DNA from: Candidatus Aenigmatarchaeota archaeon
Lineage (GTDB): Archaea; Aenigmatarchaeota; Aenigmatarchaeia; QMZP01; QMZT01
Assembly: GCA_963726265.1 (NCBI GenBank)
Contig: CAVSBQ010000002.1
Location: forward strand, 608,001 to 672,000
Reading direction: 5' to 3'
DNA: 64,000 bases
Shown: positions 9,719 through 18,758 of the stretch, in pieces
Layout of the letters: each line of letters opens with the position of its first letter
Position numbering within the stretch: the first letter of the stretch is position 1
Notes under the pieces: generated by a model
The model's input: only the letters and a program-made list of their open reading frames with translations
Database searches by the model: none
What the model was told of the DNA's origin: nothing
Program-made: the position numbers and the translations under genes

Positions 9719-12430
9719 CTATTCAAGGGACGCGTGTATTATTCTTCCGTAGACCAGCATCGCCACGTAGACGCCGCAAGAGGCGCCTATTATTTCAATC
9801 CATTCCACTGGGCCGAGGGCTGTTGTGCCAAACACGGGCTGCAGGAACGGCGTATAAACCACTACCAGCTGCAGGATGATTGACGAGGCGATTGCCAGCA
9901 GCAGCTTCCTGTTGGAGAAGAATCCGATTTTATATTTCATCCTGACAGACTCGGTCCTCACCATCTCGAACATGACCACTGCCGTGAACGCGACTGTTAT
10001 CGCCTTCGCGGCTCCCTGTGGCAGGTTGTAATCGAACAGGAACAGCGTGCCTGCGCACATTACCGTGCCGAAGACGAGGATTTCTATCAGCATGCTCTTT
10101 GTCAGTATGTTTTCCTTCGGGTCCCTTGGCGGCCTTTCCATTATTCTTGGCGATGCGGGGTCGACGCCTATTGCCAGGGCTGGCAGGCCGTCGGTAAGCA
10201 GATTTATCCACAGAAGCTGTATGGCCGTCAGCGGCAGTATTATTTCAGCCGTGGCCGGGTTCTGGAAGCCGATGAGCAGCGCGAAGAAGACAACCATGAC
10301 TTCCCCCACGTTGCACGACAGGAGATACTGTATGAATTTCTTTATGTTGTCGTATATGCCCCTGCCCTCGCGCACAGCGCTGACAATCGAAACGAAGTTA
10401 TCATCCTTCAGTATCATCTTGGACGCTTCTTTCGCGACATCCGTCCCTTTTATGCCCATGGCTATGCCTATGTCCGCCTTCTTGAGCGCGGGCGCGTCGT
10501 TCACTCCATCGCCCGTCATGGCGACTATTTCGCCGCGTCTCTGCAGTGCGTCGACTATCATGACCTTCTGCAAAGGATTGACCCTTGCATAAACGGAAAC
10601 CTCGCCGACTATTTTTTCCAGGGCCCCTTCCTGCATTTTCTCCAGATCCTCGCCGGTCAGCACCCTGCCGTCTTCGAGGAGGCCGAGCTGCTTCGCAACC
10701 GCGGCAGCGGTGTTCCTGTGGTCGCCCGTTATCATCACGACGCGTATGCCGGCCTTCTTGCATTCCTTAACGCTTTCTATTGCATCCTCGCGCGGCGGGT
10801 CTATCATGCCGACGAGGCCGAGGAACGTGAGTTCCCTTTCAGCTGACTTCGCGTCAGCTGCAGGCATCTCCTTGTATGCGATTGCAAGCACGCGCAGCGC
10901 TCTGCTGGTCATGTCCGCGTTCTTGGCGCTTATTTTTTCCTTCCACTCCCTGCTCAGCTTGGCAGGCTTGCCGTCGACGAGAAGCGTTTCGCACAGCTCA
11001 ACTATGGTCTCAGGCGCTCCCTTTACGCAGGCCATGTACCTTCTCTCGTGGACCATGTTTATGGTGCTCATCATCTTCCTTTCGGACGAGAAGGGCATCT
11101 CGTGCACCCTCCTGAATTCGGCCTCCATCTGCGCCTTGTCAAGGCCGGCCTTCTTCGCGGTGACGATTATCGAGCCCTCGGTCGGGTCGCCGATTATCAT
11201 ATATTCCTCGCCCTTCTTTGTCAGGCTCGCATTGGTGCACAGCGTCCCGGCCCTGAGCATCAGGGAAACACCTTCCATCGTCTTCGCGTCGATTTCCTTT
11301 TTGTCGATGAGGAACCTGCCTTCTGGTTTGTAGCCTTCGCCCGTGACCTCGATCGTCTTGTCAGAACACCACAGCTCGCTTATGGTCATCTCGTTTTTCG
11401 TCAGCGTGCCCGTCTTGTCCGAGCAGATGACGGTCGTCGAGCCCAGCGCCTCGACTGCGGGAAGCTTGCGCATTAGTGCGTTGCGCTTCGCGAGCCTTTG
11501 CAGGCCTATGGCGAGCGTTATGGTCATTACCGCCGGCAGGCCTTCCGGTATCGCCGCGACCGCGAGGGCGATGCCCGTTATCACCATCGTGACGAGAAGC
11601 GTTTCTGTCAGCGGTTTTCCCGCGAGCGGGCCTTCCCTTGCAATGCCCATGACCACCACGAGGGCGCATATCACCATGATTATTATGCCGAGCACCTTGC
11701 CGAAGGCGGCGATTTTTTTCTGCAGCGGCGTCGCCTGCTCTTCCTCTTCCTGGACGACCTGTGCTATCTTGCCCATCTCGGTGTTCATGCCAGTTGCTAT
11801 CACCACGCCCGTGCCGTGCCCGTATGTCACCAGCGTTCCCATGTAAGCCAGGTCTTTCCTGTCGGCAACCGAGGCGCTTTTAAGCGGCTCTGTCTGCTTG
11901 TTGGCAGGAACGGATTCTCCGGTAAGGATTGCTTCATCTATCTTGAGTTCGGCCTCGCTTATCAGCCGCATGTCTGCCGGCACCCTCGTGCCTTCCTCCA
12001 GAATGACGATGTCGCCGGGGACCAGCATGCGACTTTCGATTTTCATTTCCTTGTCGCCGCGGATTACGATGGCTTCTGGCGACGTCAGCTTCTTCAGCGC
12101 TTCTATTGTCTTTTCTGCCTTGAACTCCTGGATGAAACCGAAGATTGCGTTTAATATCACGATGGCTATTATCGCAGCCGCGTCGACCATCTCCCCGACA
12201 AGCGCGGAAAAAATGGTTGCCGCTATCAGGATGATTATGAGCAGGTTCTTGAACTGCTCGATGAAAATCTGCAGCTTGCTTATGCCTTTCCGTTTCTGCA
12301 GCTCGTTATAGCCGAACCTGGCTAGCCGGGCCTCTGCTTCGCTTTCCGAAAGGCCTTTTTCAGAAGTGCCCAGTTTTTTGAGCGCGTCCTTTGCATCGAG
12401 CTCGTGCCAGTTGACGCCGGAGGACTCCAT
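9719..12430 (-). CDS. P-type cation-transporting ATPase (Ca2+-type, P2A)
   Basis: TGES, IPEGLP, CSDKTGTLT, KGAPE, DPPR, TGDGVNDAPALK, QLLWINLLTDG. Confidence 0.95.
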   Translation of the reverse strand: MESSGVNWHELDAKDALKKLGTSEKGLSESEAEARLARFGYNELQKRKGISKLQIFIEQFKNLLIIILIAATIFSALVGEMVDAAAIIAIVILNAIFGFIQEFKAEKTIEALKKLTSPEAIVIRGDKEMKIESRMLVPGDIVILEEGTRVPADMRLISEAELKIDEAILTGESVPANKQTEPLKSASVADRKDLAYMGTLVTYGHGTGVVIATGMNTEMGKIAQVVQEEEEQATPLQKKIAAFGKVLGIIIMVICALVVVMGIAREGPLAGKPLTETLLVTMVITGIALAVAAIPEGLPAVMTITLAIGLQRLAKRNALMRKLPAVEALGSTTVICSDKTGTLTKNEMTISELWCSDKTIEVTGEGYKPEGRFLIDKKEIDAKTMEGVSLMLRAGTLCTNASLTKKGEEYMIIGDPTEGSIIVTAKKAGLDKAQMEAEFRRVHEMPFSSERKMMSTINMVHERRYMACVKGAPETIVELCETLLVDGKPAKLSREWKEKISAKNADMTSRALRVLAIAYKEMPAADAKSAERELTFLGLVGMIDPPREDAIESVKECKKAGIRVVMITGDHRNTAAAVAKQLGLLEDGRVLTGEDLEKMQEGALEKIVGEVSVYARVNPLQKVMIVDALQRRGEIVAMTGDGVNDAPALKKADIGIAMGIKGTDVAKEASKMILKDDNFVSIVSAVREGRGIYDNIKKFIQYLLSCNVGEVMVVFFALLIGFQNPATAEIILPLTAIQLLWINLLTDGLPALAIGVDPASPRIMERPPRDPKENILTKSMLIEILVFGTVMCAGTLFLFDYNLPQGAAKAITVAFTAVVMFEMVRTESVRMKYKIGFFSNRKLLLAIASSIILQLVVVYTPFLQPVFGTTALGPVEWIEIIGASCGVYVAMLVYGRIIHASLE

Positions 12431-12503
12431 AAATTAGAATTGCTGTTTCTTCCTTAAATTCCAGAATGGTTTTATTTGGTTTTGTTCGGTTCTGTCTGCA
12501 GAA

Positions 12504-12836
12504 TCAGCCTTTCTTGAGCCGCATTATCGCCTCTGCGATGTCGCCAGTCTCGCGCAACATGGCCCTCGCCTCTTCCTTCGAGACGCCCGCCTGCTCTGAT
12601 ACCATGTCGACGTCGTCGTCGCCCACGTCCTCGCGCTCGCGCTCGGTCACCTGGCCGCCTGTTATCTGGAACGTTTCCTGGCCCATGACCCTTATCTTGG
12701 AAACCTGCGGCTCCACGATGACTATGTCCTTCTCAGGCGTGCGAATCACGACTTCCTCGGCGTCGATATTCGTGACGTTCATGCCCATCTGCTTCATCAT
12801 CTTATCCATCTGTTTGGGGTCCATTTTCATGCCCAT
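12504..12836 (-). CDS. nac: Nascent polypeptide-associated complex protein
   Basis: DPKQMDKMMKQMG, AEEVVI, GQETFQI, UBA-like C-terminus GDIAEAI. Confidence 0.9.
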   Translation of the reverse strand: MGMKMDPKQMDKMMKQMGMNVTNIDAEEVVIRTPEKDIVIVEPQVSKIRVMGQETFQITGGQVTEREREDVGDDDVDMVSEQAGVSKEEARAMLRETGDIAEAIMRLKKG

Positions 12837-12972
12837 AGCGGTCAATAAGGATATTGTGCGGCTGTTCTTAAATTCCTTTTGCAGCCCACAACCTGTTCGT
12901 GCGAAATCCATTTTTCAAAGTATACTTTTGGATAACGAAATGATTTTATAATTTGATAGCCAATTTCTCATT

Positions 12973-15618
12973 ATGCTTTTTCAGATACTCGATGCAGACT
13001 ACACGCTGGTCAACGAGAAGCCGATAATACGCATCTTCGGCAAGGACGAGCGCGGCGAGACGGTCTGCGGCTTCTACGAGGGTTTCGAGCCCTATTTCTA
13101 TGTCCTCGGCAGCAACGCTGAGGAAAGCCTGAAGAACGAGGCGAACGTCGTCCGCGTCGAGAAGGTGAAGAAATTCATGCCGCTCGGCTACCAGGCAGAA
13201 ATGGCCGAGGTATGGAAGGTGACCATAAGGAATCCCGCCAGGACTCCGGAGCTGAGGGAGAAGCTGTTTGCCAGGGGCTTCCGCGTCTTCGAAGCAGACA
13301 TCCCCTTCAAATACAGGTTCATGGCCGACCTCGGGCTGTGCGGCATGGAATGGGTGGAAACCGACGACGCCGGTAGCGTCAATACGAGCACGGTCAGGGC
13401 CCAGAAGATGATGAAGGTAAAAGGTTTCAAAAAGGCAGCCAAAGACGGCATCGTCACGCTGAGGTCGCTTGCGCTTGACATAGAATGCGTCTCGCTCAAG
13501 GAGGGTGAGATGCCGGAGAGCAGGAAAGATCCCATAATAATGATTTCCATGGTCTTCAGCGAGCCGTTCAAGGGACGCAGGGACATGGTACTGAGCACGA
13601 GAGCGGACAGGGACGTCACGTATTTCGAAACTGAAAGAGAAATGCTCGCCGGCATGAATGACTTGATAAACGAATACGACCCGGATATCATAACAGGCTT
13701 CAATATAAACAACTTCGACATGCCTTACATCCTCGAAAGGATGAAGGCAAACGAGGTCTTCGCCGGCTTCGGCAGGTGCACCAAGCCCGTGACCACAAAC
13801 CAGGTAATGGGCAGGCACAAGGTTAACATAGCCGGCAGGATAATGGTCGATTCTTTCGAAATCGTGAAAAGGGGTTTCTCGCTGAAAAGGTACGACCTCA
13901 ACACGGTCTGCCTTGAGCTGCTCGGCGAAGAGAAGGAAGCGGTCAAGAAATCGGAGATAGAGAAGTTCTGGAACGGCAACCAGGAAAAATTCAGGATGCT
14001 TGTCAACTATTCCAGGAAGGACTCCCAGCTGGCCATGAACCTCCTGCTCAGGCTGAACCTCCTTGACAAATACATAGCTTTGTCCAAGGTTTCGGGAATC
14101 CTGCTGCAGGACATACTCGATTCCGGCGAGACCACAAGAATCGAAAACCTGATACTGCGCGAGTTCAACAAGGAAGGTTTCATCGTCCCGTGCAGGCCCG
14201 CCAACCTGGAAGTCGGCAGGAGGGAGAACGCCAGGAAAATCGAGCTCAAGGGCGGCTTTGTGATAGAACCGGACAAGGGCCTGCATTCGAGCGTACTCGT
14301 TCTCGACTTCAAGTCGATGTATCCTTCGCTGATAAGGACCTACAACATATGCCCGACCACGCTCCTGCTGTCGGGCAATGTCGAAGGCGCGGTGGAAGCG
14401 CCGTCGGGGGCGAAATTCGTTCCCGAGAGCATGCGCAAAGGCATCATACCAAGAATACTGGAGCAGCTCATGAAGGAGCGGCAGGCCGTGAAGAAGGAGA
14501 TGAGGAAAGAAACGAAGGCCGAGCGCGTCCGCGAGCTGAAGGCGAAACAGCAGGCGCTGAAGATAATGTCCAACGCGTTCTACGGCTATTTCGGCTATCC
14601 CAGGTCCAAAATATACTGTCTGGAAATTGCCAATTCTATAACGGCCTTCGGAAGGGAGACCATAAAGAAGACGAAGGACTACATAGAAGAGAAATTCAAA
14701 TACAGGGTTGTTTATGGCGACACGGATTCCGTCATGGTCAAGGTCCCTTTCGAAGACCTGGAGGAAATGAGCAAGGCGGGCGAGGATGTGGCAAAGAACG
14801 TGACCTCTGTCCTGAAAGGAGTGATGGAGCTGGAGTTTGAAAAGGTCTTCAAGAGGTTCCTGCCGCTCACTAAAAAAAGATACGCGGCATGGCGTTTTGA
14901 GAAGGTGAACGGCAATTGGATTGAAAGCATCGAAACGAAGGGCATAGAAACCGTCAGAAGGGACTGGTGCGACCTGACGTCGGAAACGATACAGAAGGTG
15001 CTGGAGACCATCCTGAAGGAAAATGACATCAAACAGGCAGTCAGGTATTTCAAGAAAGTCGTCGATGAGATGGTAACCGGAAAGATCGCCATGCAGAAGC
15101 TTATCATAACCAAGACCATGACCAAGAAAGCGGACGGTTATAACGGCATCCAGCCCCATGCGGAACTCGTTAAAAAAATAACGAAACGCAGCCCCGCAGA
15201 GGCGCCGGGCATCGGCGACAGGATTGGCTATGTCATAATAAAAGGGCTTGACCTGCTTTCGAGAAGGGCGGAAGACCCGATATATGTCATGGAAAGGGGC
15301 CTGGAAATAGACCCAAAATATTACATAGAAAACCAGCTGCTTCCGCCCCTGGAAAGGATATTCGACGCGCTGAATATATCCAAGACAGAGCTGCTTGGCA
15401 AGGGCAAGCAGATAGACCTCTTCAGGATAATGAACGGCGTGAACGGTGCTGAAACCAAAACGGATGCAGCCGATGTCCCCATAGGCGATGTCAACGGCTT
15501 CATATGCAAAAAATGCTCCAAGACTTACGCGCTTCCGCCTTTGTCAGGCGTATGCGACTGCGGAAGCTGCCTGCTGTTCTCGTCTCCGCAGGGCCCTGCA
15601 AAAAGCATTATTGTCTGA
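12973..15618 (+). CDS. polB: Family B DNA polymerase, Pol delta-like, with C-terminal Zn finger
   Basis: ExoI DIEC, ExoII NNFDMPY, ExoIII YSRKD, DFKSMYPS, KIMSNAFYGY, YGDTDS, KKRY; C-terminal CKKC-x12-CDC. Confidence 0.95.
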   Translation: MLFQILDADYTLVNEKPIIRIFGKDERGETVCGFYEGFEPYFYVLGSNAEESLKNEANVVRVEKVKKFMPLGYQAEMAEVWKVTIRNPARTPELREKLFARGFRVFEADIPFKYRFMADLGLCGMEWVETDDAGSVNTSTVRAQKMMKVKGFKKAAKDGIVTLRSLALDIECVSLKEGEMPESRKDPIIMISMVFSEPFKGRRDMVLSTRADRDVTYFETEREMLAGMNDLINEYDPDIITGFNINNFDMPYILERMKANEVFAGFGRCTKPVTTNQVMGRHKVNIAGRIMVDSFEIVKRGFSLKRYDLNTVCLELLGEEKEAVKKSEIEKFWNGNQEKFRMLVNYSRKDSQLAMNLLLRLNLLDKYIALSKVSGILLQDILDSGETTRIENLILREFNKEGFIVPCRPANLEVGRRENARKIELKGGFVIEPDKGLHSSVLVLDFKSMYPSLIRTYNICPTTLLLSGNVEGAVEAPSGAKFVPESMRKGIIPRILEQLMKERQAVKKEMRKETKAERVRELKAKQQALKIMSNAFYGYFGYPRSKIYCLEIANSITAFGRETIKKTKDYIEEKFKYRVVYGDTDSVMVKVPFEDLEEMSKAGEDVAKNVTSVLKGVMELEFEKVFKRFLPLTKKRYAAWRFEKVNGNWIESIETKGIETVRRDWCDLTSETIQKVLETILKENDIKQAVRYFKKVVDEMVTGKIAMQKLIITKTMTKKADGYNGIQPHAELVKKITKRSPAEAPGIGDRIGYVIIKGLDLLSRRAEDPIYVMERGLEIDPKYYIENQLLPPLERIFDALNISKTELLGKGKQIDLFRIMNGVNGAETKTDAADVPIGDVNGFICKKCSKTYALPPLSGVCDCGSCLLFSSPQGPAKSIIV

Positions 15619-15648
15619 ATGCCGCTGTATGAATTTTGTATCCTTCAT

Positions 15649-15842
15649 CGTGATTCACCGTGAAGTTGGACCCCCCTGTTTCCTGTGGAGATTTCCGTGA
15701 AGTTCAGGAACGAAACCTTCACTTTTCCTTAACGTGATTCACTGTGAACGTGAAAAATACCTTCATTTCATGTGGAGTTTTGAAATTTCATATAGTTCTA
15801 CGTATGCTTGTTTTTACTTCATTTCACAGGAAATGAAGGGGT
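15649..15842. other. Putative replication origin-like element (ORB cluster 2)
   Basis: Minus-strand ORB-like CTCCACAGGAAACAGGGGGGT (15670-15690) and CTCCACATGAAATGAAGGT (15759-15777); plus-strand TTTCACAGGAAATGAAGGGGT (15822-15842); 44-nt AT-rich spacer between the last two. Confidence 0.6.
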
Positions 15843-15867
15843 TGCTATGCTCATGTATGACAGTTTG

Positions 15868-17091
15868 TTACCATAACAGGTTGAAGAGCGCCGGGTTCAG
15901 TCCGGAGAAATACGTGATGGTGGGCAGGACGAGAAATCCCATCATATGGCTCCTTTTTATGTTTAATGAGATCGCCAGCAGGCCGAGGAACATGCCTGTT
16001 GCAGAAACCAGGATTCCGAGCGGGCCTGACAACACTGCAACGAGCACTACCAATATGATGAGCGTAAAGAGCATGACATTCGTGTAATTCACGTCTTTCA
16101 TTTTTTTCAGCATCAGTTTTGCCGCCTTGACTGTTATCAAAGCCGACAGCAGCGACGTGATTATGCCAACTATTATGATCAAAGCCATATCAGAGAGGCG
16201 CATGTTATCTATGACCTGCGAAAGCATCCAGACCGCGCCTGACCTTGTTTTCCCTATTGCATAAAAAACGACGAACGTGAAAAACATGTTCGACGTGTTT
16301 ATCCCGCCAAGGGCTATCAGGAACTCCTTCACTTTTGCCCTGAATATCTGGGCTGATATTATGCCTGTCTGGGAAGAACCAAGGCCGGGCAGCAGGCCCG
16401 CCAGCAGGCCGGCAAGCCATCCGGTCAGGCTTCCTTTCAGCCAGTCGCCGCTAATTTCGCTCTGGATTTTCTGCGGTGGTATTTTCGTTTTGGCCACTAT
16501 GCTGGTGAGTATGGTGCTCAGACCGAACAGGCCAGTGAGCGCGGGGAACATGGCGCCGTCGGATGGAAAGGAATTGAGCGTCACGAAGCCGAAGATGCCT
16601 GAAAACATGAAAACAAAAGCTGCCGCAAGCCTGTTCTTGTCGCTCCATACCATCCACAGGACAACCGAAAGCAGGATTAAGTGGATAACCGGCCTTATCG
16701 CGGCATGCAATATGGGCAGCAGGAAAACGAGCGCGGGAAGGCTTATGATTGTAAGAAAAACTACTCCAAGCCCTCCCATGACCGTGAGGAAGATTGCCTC
16801 ATACCCCCGCCCGTCCAGCAGCATCTTGTGCCCTGGGAGGACTGAGAGCGCGGAATCCTCGTCCGGCGCGCCGAATATGACCGAAGGTATGAAATCGAAA
16901 AACGTGTTGGATATCGCCAGCGAGACGACGAACGCCATGATGGCCTCTGTTGGCAGGCCGGCCATGAGGAAGACCAAAGAGAATGTCAGGGCGAACACGG
17001 TATTTGGATGGATGCCCGGCGCGAGGCCGGTGATGAAGCCCAGCGCCACGCCAAGGAGCGTGAAGAACACGATCTCCATGAACATGAGCAC
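15868..17091 (-). CDS. Tripartite tricarboxylate transporter TctA/DUF112 family membrane protein
   Basis: GFITGLAPGIHPN, FFDFIPS..GAP, LSVLPGH..LLDGRGYEAI, PALTGLFG. Confidence 0.85.
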   Translation of the reverse strand: MLMFMEIVFFTLLGVALGFITGLAPGIHPNTVFALTFSLVFLMAGLPTEAIMAFVVSLAISNTFFDFIPSVIFGAPDEDSALSVLPGHKMLLDGRGYEAIFLTVMGGLGVVFLTIISLPALVFLLPILHAAIRPVIHLILLSVVLWMVWSDKNRLAAAFVFMFSGIFGFVTLNSFPSDGAMFPALTGLFGLSTILTSIVAKTKIPPQKIQSEISGDWLKGSLTGWLAGLLAGLLPGLGSSQTGIISAQIFRAKVKEFLIALGGINTSNMFFTFVVFYAIGKTRSGAVWMLSQVIDNMRLSDMALIIIVGIITSLLSALITVKAAKLMLKKMKDVNYTNVMLFTLIILVVLVAVLSGPLGILVSATGMFLGLLAISLNIKRSHMMGFLVLPTITYFSGLNPALFNLLW

Positions 17092-17119
17092 ATTTTTGCT
17101 TCACGCCTTAAAAAATTAA

Positions 17120-17144
17120 GTTTAAACATGCGTTTAAACATAGC
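17120..17144. promoter_or_regulatory. Palindromic operator-like motif GTTTAAAC-N4-GTTTAAACATAGC (copy 1)
   Basis: Same motif recurs at 60745-60769; lies in a divergent intergenic region. Confidence 0.4.
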
Positions 17145-17287
17145 CTGCTGATGGCGGTTAATTCCGTGAAATTGCGTGAATTTCATGCCATTCTGGGCGC
17201 GCATGTGAAGTTTTGTGAATTTGATTGCAAAATGAGGGTCAATGAAAGAAACGGAACGGATTTAAGTAATTGACGTAAATTAATTAC

Positions 17288-18007
17288 ATGGTTGACGAAA
17301 TAACTCTGGTCAACGGAAAGTTGGCAAAGGATATAATAGGCGAGATCATACTCTCCGACAGGCCCGAAGAGGTCCTGAAGAAGTGGAGGGTCATTTTCGG
17401 GCTTTCCCAGAAGGCGCTCGCCAGCCACATGGGCATAACGTCATCTGTCATATCGGACTACGAATCCGGACGTAGGAAGTCGCCTGGCATAAACGTCATA
17501 AAGAGGTATGTGAACGCTTTGCTGGCGATGGATATGAAAAGGGGCGGGATTGTCGTTAAAACGTTCACCCCGCCCGTCGGCCCCTCGAACCTGTCCAAGG
17601 CGATAATAGACATAAAGGAATTCTCGAAAGGCGTCCCAATTGAAGAGTTCTGCATGAAGATAAGCGCTCCCATAATAACCAAAAGGGCGCCCCTCGACAG
17701 GGAAGTTTACGGCTACACCGTTGTCGATTCCGTCAAGGCAATACTCGAGGTGCCGCACACGCAGCTCGTACAGCTCTACGGAGCGACCACGCAGCGCGCC
17801 CTCATCTTCACCGGCGTGACGACGGGCAAAACGCCTCTGGTCGCCATCAAGCTCACGGGCCTGCAGCCAGGGCTTGTCGTGCTTCACGGCCTGGAAAAGG
17901 TGAATGAAGTTGCCATGAACATCGCTGAAGTGGAGGGCATACCGGTCGCTCTATGCAGGATAGACTCGATACAGGAAATAGTCAACAAGCTGAAGGAGCT
18001 TGGCTGA
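17288..18007 (+). CDS. XRE-type HTH transcriptional regulator (archaeal COG1709-like)
   Basis: IIGEIILSD, LKKWR..FGLSQKALA, SVISDYESGRRKSPG, LYGATTQRALIFT. Confidence 0.85.
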   Translation: MVDEITLVNGKLAKDIIGEIILSDRPEEVLKKWRVIFGLSQKALASHMGITSSVISDYESGRRKSPGINVIKRYVNALLAMDMKRGGIVVKTFTPPVGPSNLSKAIIDIKEFSKGVPIEEFCMKISAPIITKRAPLDREVYGYTVVDSVKAILEVPHTQLVQLYGATTQRALIFTGVTTGKTPLVAIKLTGLQPGLVVLHGLEKVNEVAMNIAEVEGIPVALCRIDSIQEIVNKLKELG

Positions 18008-18023
18008 ACAGGAAATTTCGTTT

Positions 18024-18698
18024 TTATATCTTCTTTATTTCACATTTCACTTCCTTGTCTATCTCGACAAGGCCGTAATACCCTTCATAAGACGCACCCG
18101 GATAAAACAGGGTGGTGGTCCCCAGCTTGTCTACGCCGCCTGCCTCATGGATGTGCGCCGATATCGCCAGCAGGGGCTTCTCTTTCTCTATGAACTGCCT
18201 CACTGCCTTCGAACCAACGTGCTCCCCCGCCTCCACTTTGTCAAGGTTCGTTTCGAACGGCGGGTTATGGACGACCAGAATGAACTTTCCCTTCACGCCC
18301 TTCATGCTCTTCGTGAGCGCGGCGTCTATTTCCTCATCAGTCGGCTCGAACTTCGTGTTGAATGGCGTTGCGGCCCCGCCGAAACCTATGAACTCCGTCC
18401 CCATGAAAGCCCTCGTCTTCTCGTGCAGGTTGGTGCCGTACTCGTCGAACAGCTCGATTATATCATATGGCTCGTGGTTGCCCGGGATGCAGAAAACGGG
18501 TTTTCCGAGCGAAAGCAGCTTCTGTATTATCAGCTCGGCTATGTCAAGCTGGGAATAACCCTCGGGGATGTTATACATGTCGGTAAAGTCGCCGGGGCAT
18601 ATGACAAGGTCGAATTCGTGGCTTCTTATTTTATCAACAAGCTTCGAAAACTTTTCAAATTCCCCGTGCACGTCCGCGATCACAAGGATTTTTAGCAT
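18024..18698 (-). CDS. Calcineurin-like metallophosphoesterase (Icc-related)
   Basis: DVHG, GDFTD, PGNHE, HNPP, HVGS, AHIHE. Confidence 0.9.
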   Translation of the reverse strand: MLKILVIADVHGEFEKFSKLVDKIRSHEFDLVICPGDFTDMYNIPEGYSQLDIAELIIQKLLSLGKPVFCIPGNHEPYDIIELFDEYGTNLHEKTRAFMGTEFIGFGGAATPFNTKFEPTDEEIDAALTKSMKGVKGKFILVVHNPPFETNLDKVEAGEHVGSKAVRQFIEKEKPLLAISAHIHEAGGVDKLGTTTLFYPGASYEGYYGLVEIDKEVKCEIKKI

Positions 18699-18758
18699 AT
18701 TAATCCTTTGTTGAACGGTTATTAAATTTGCTGCTGTCGCATCCAACGGGTTCGGGAG

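Noticed and set aside
12946..15159. 737-aa antisense ORF
   Set aside because: Shadow of polB on the opposite strand; no motifs and atypical composition
12973..15618. Viral or casposon origin of polB, or inteins in polB/radA/rtcB
   Set aside because: No capsid, integrase, Cas1 or terminal repeats nearby; protein lengths and motifs are continuous with no intein insertions
15619..15867. Possible mini-CRISPR from the repeated palindrome
   Set aside because: Only two 16-bp copies 84 bp apart, no cas genes, and ORB motifs explain the region better
15734..16087. 117-aa ORF across the ORB cluster
   Set aside because: Overlaps tctA antisense and the regulatory repeats; not protein-like
16277..17119. 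280-aa plus-strand ORF
   Set aside because: Antisense to the tctA-family gene, which has recognisable motifs
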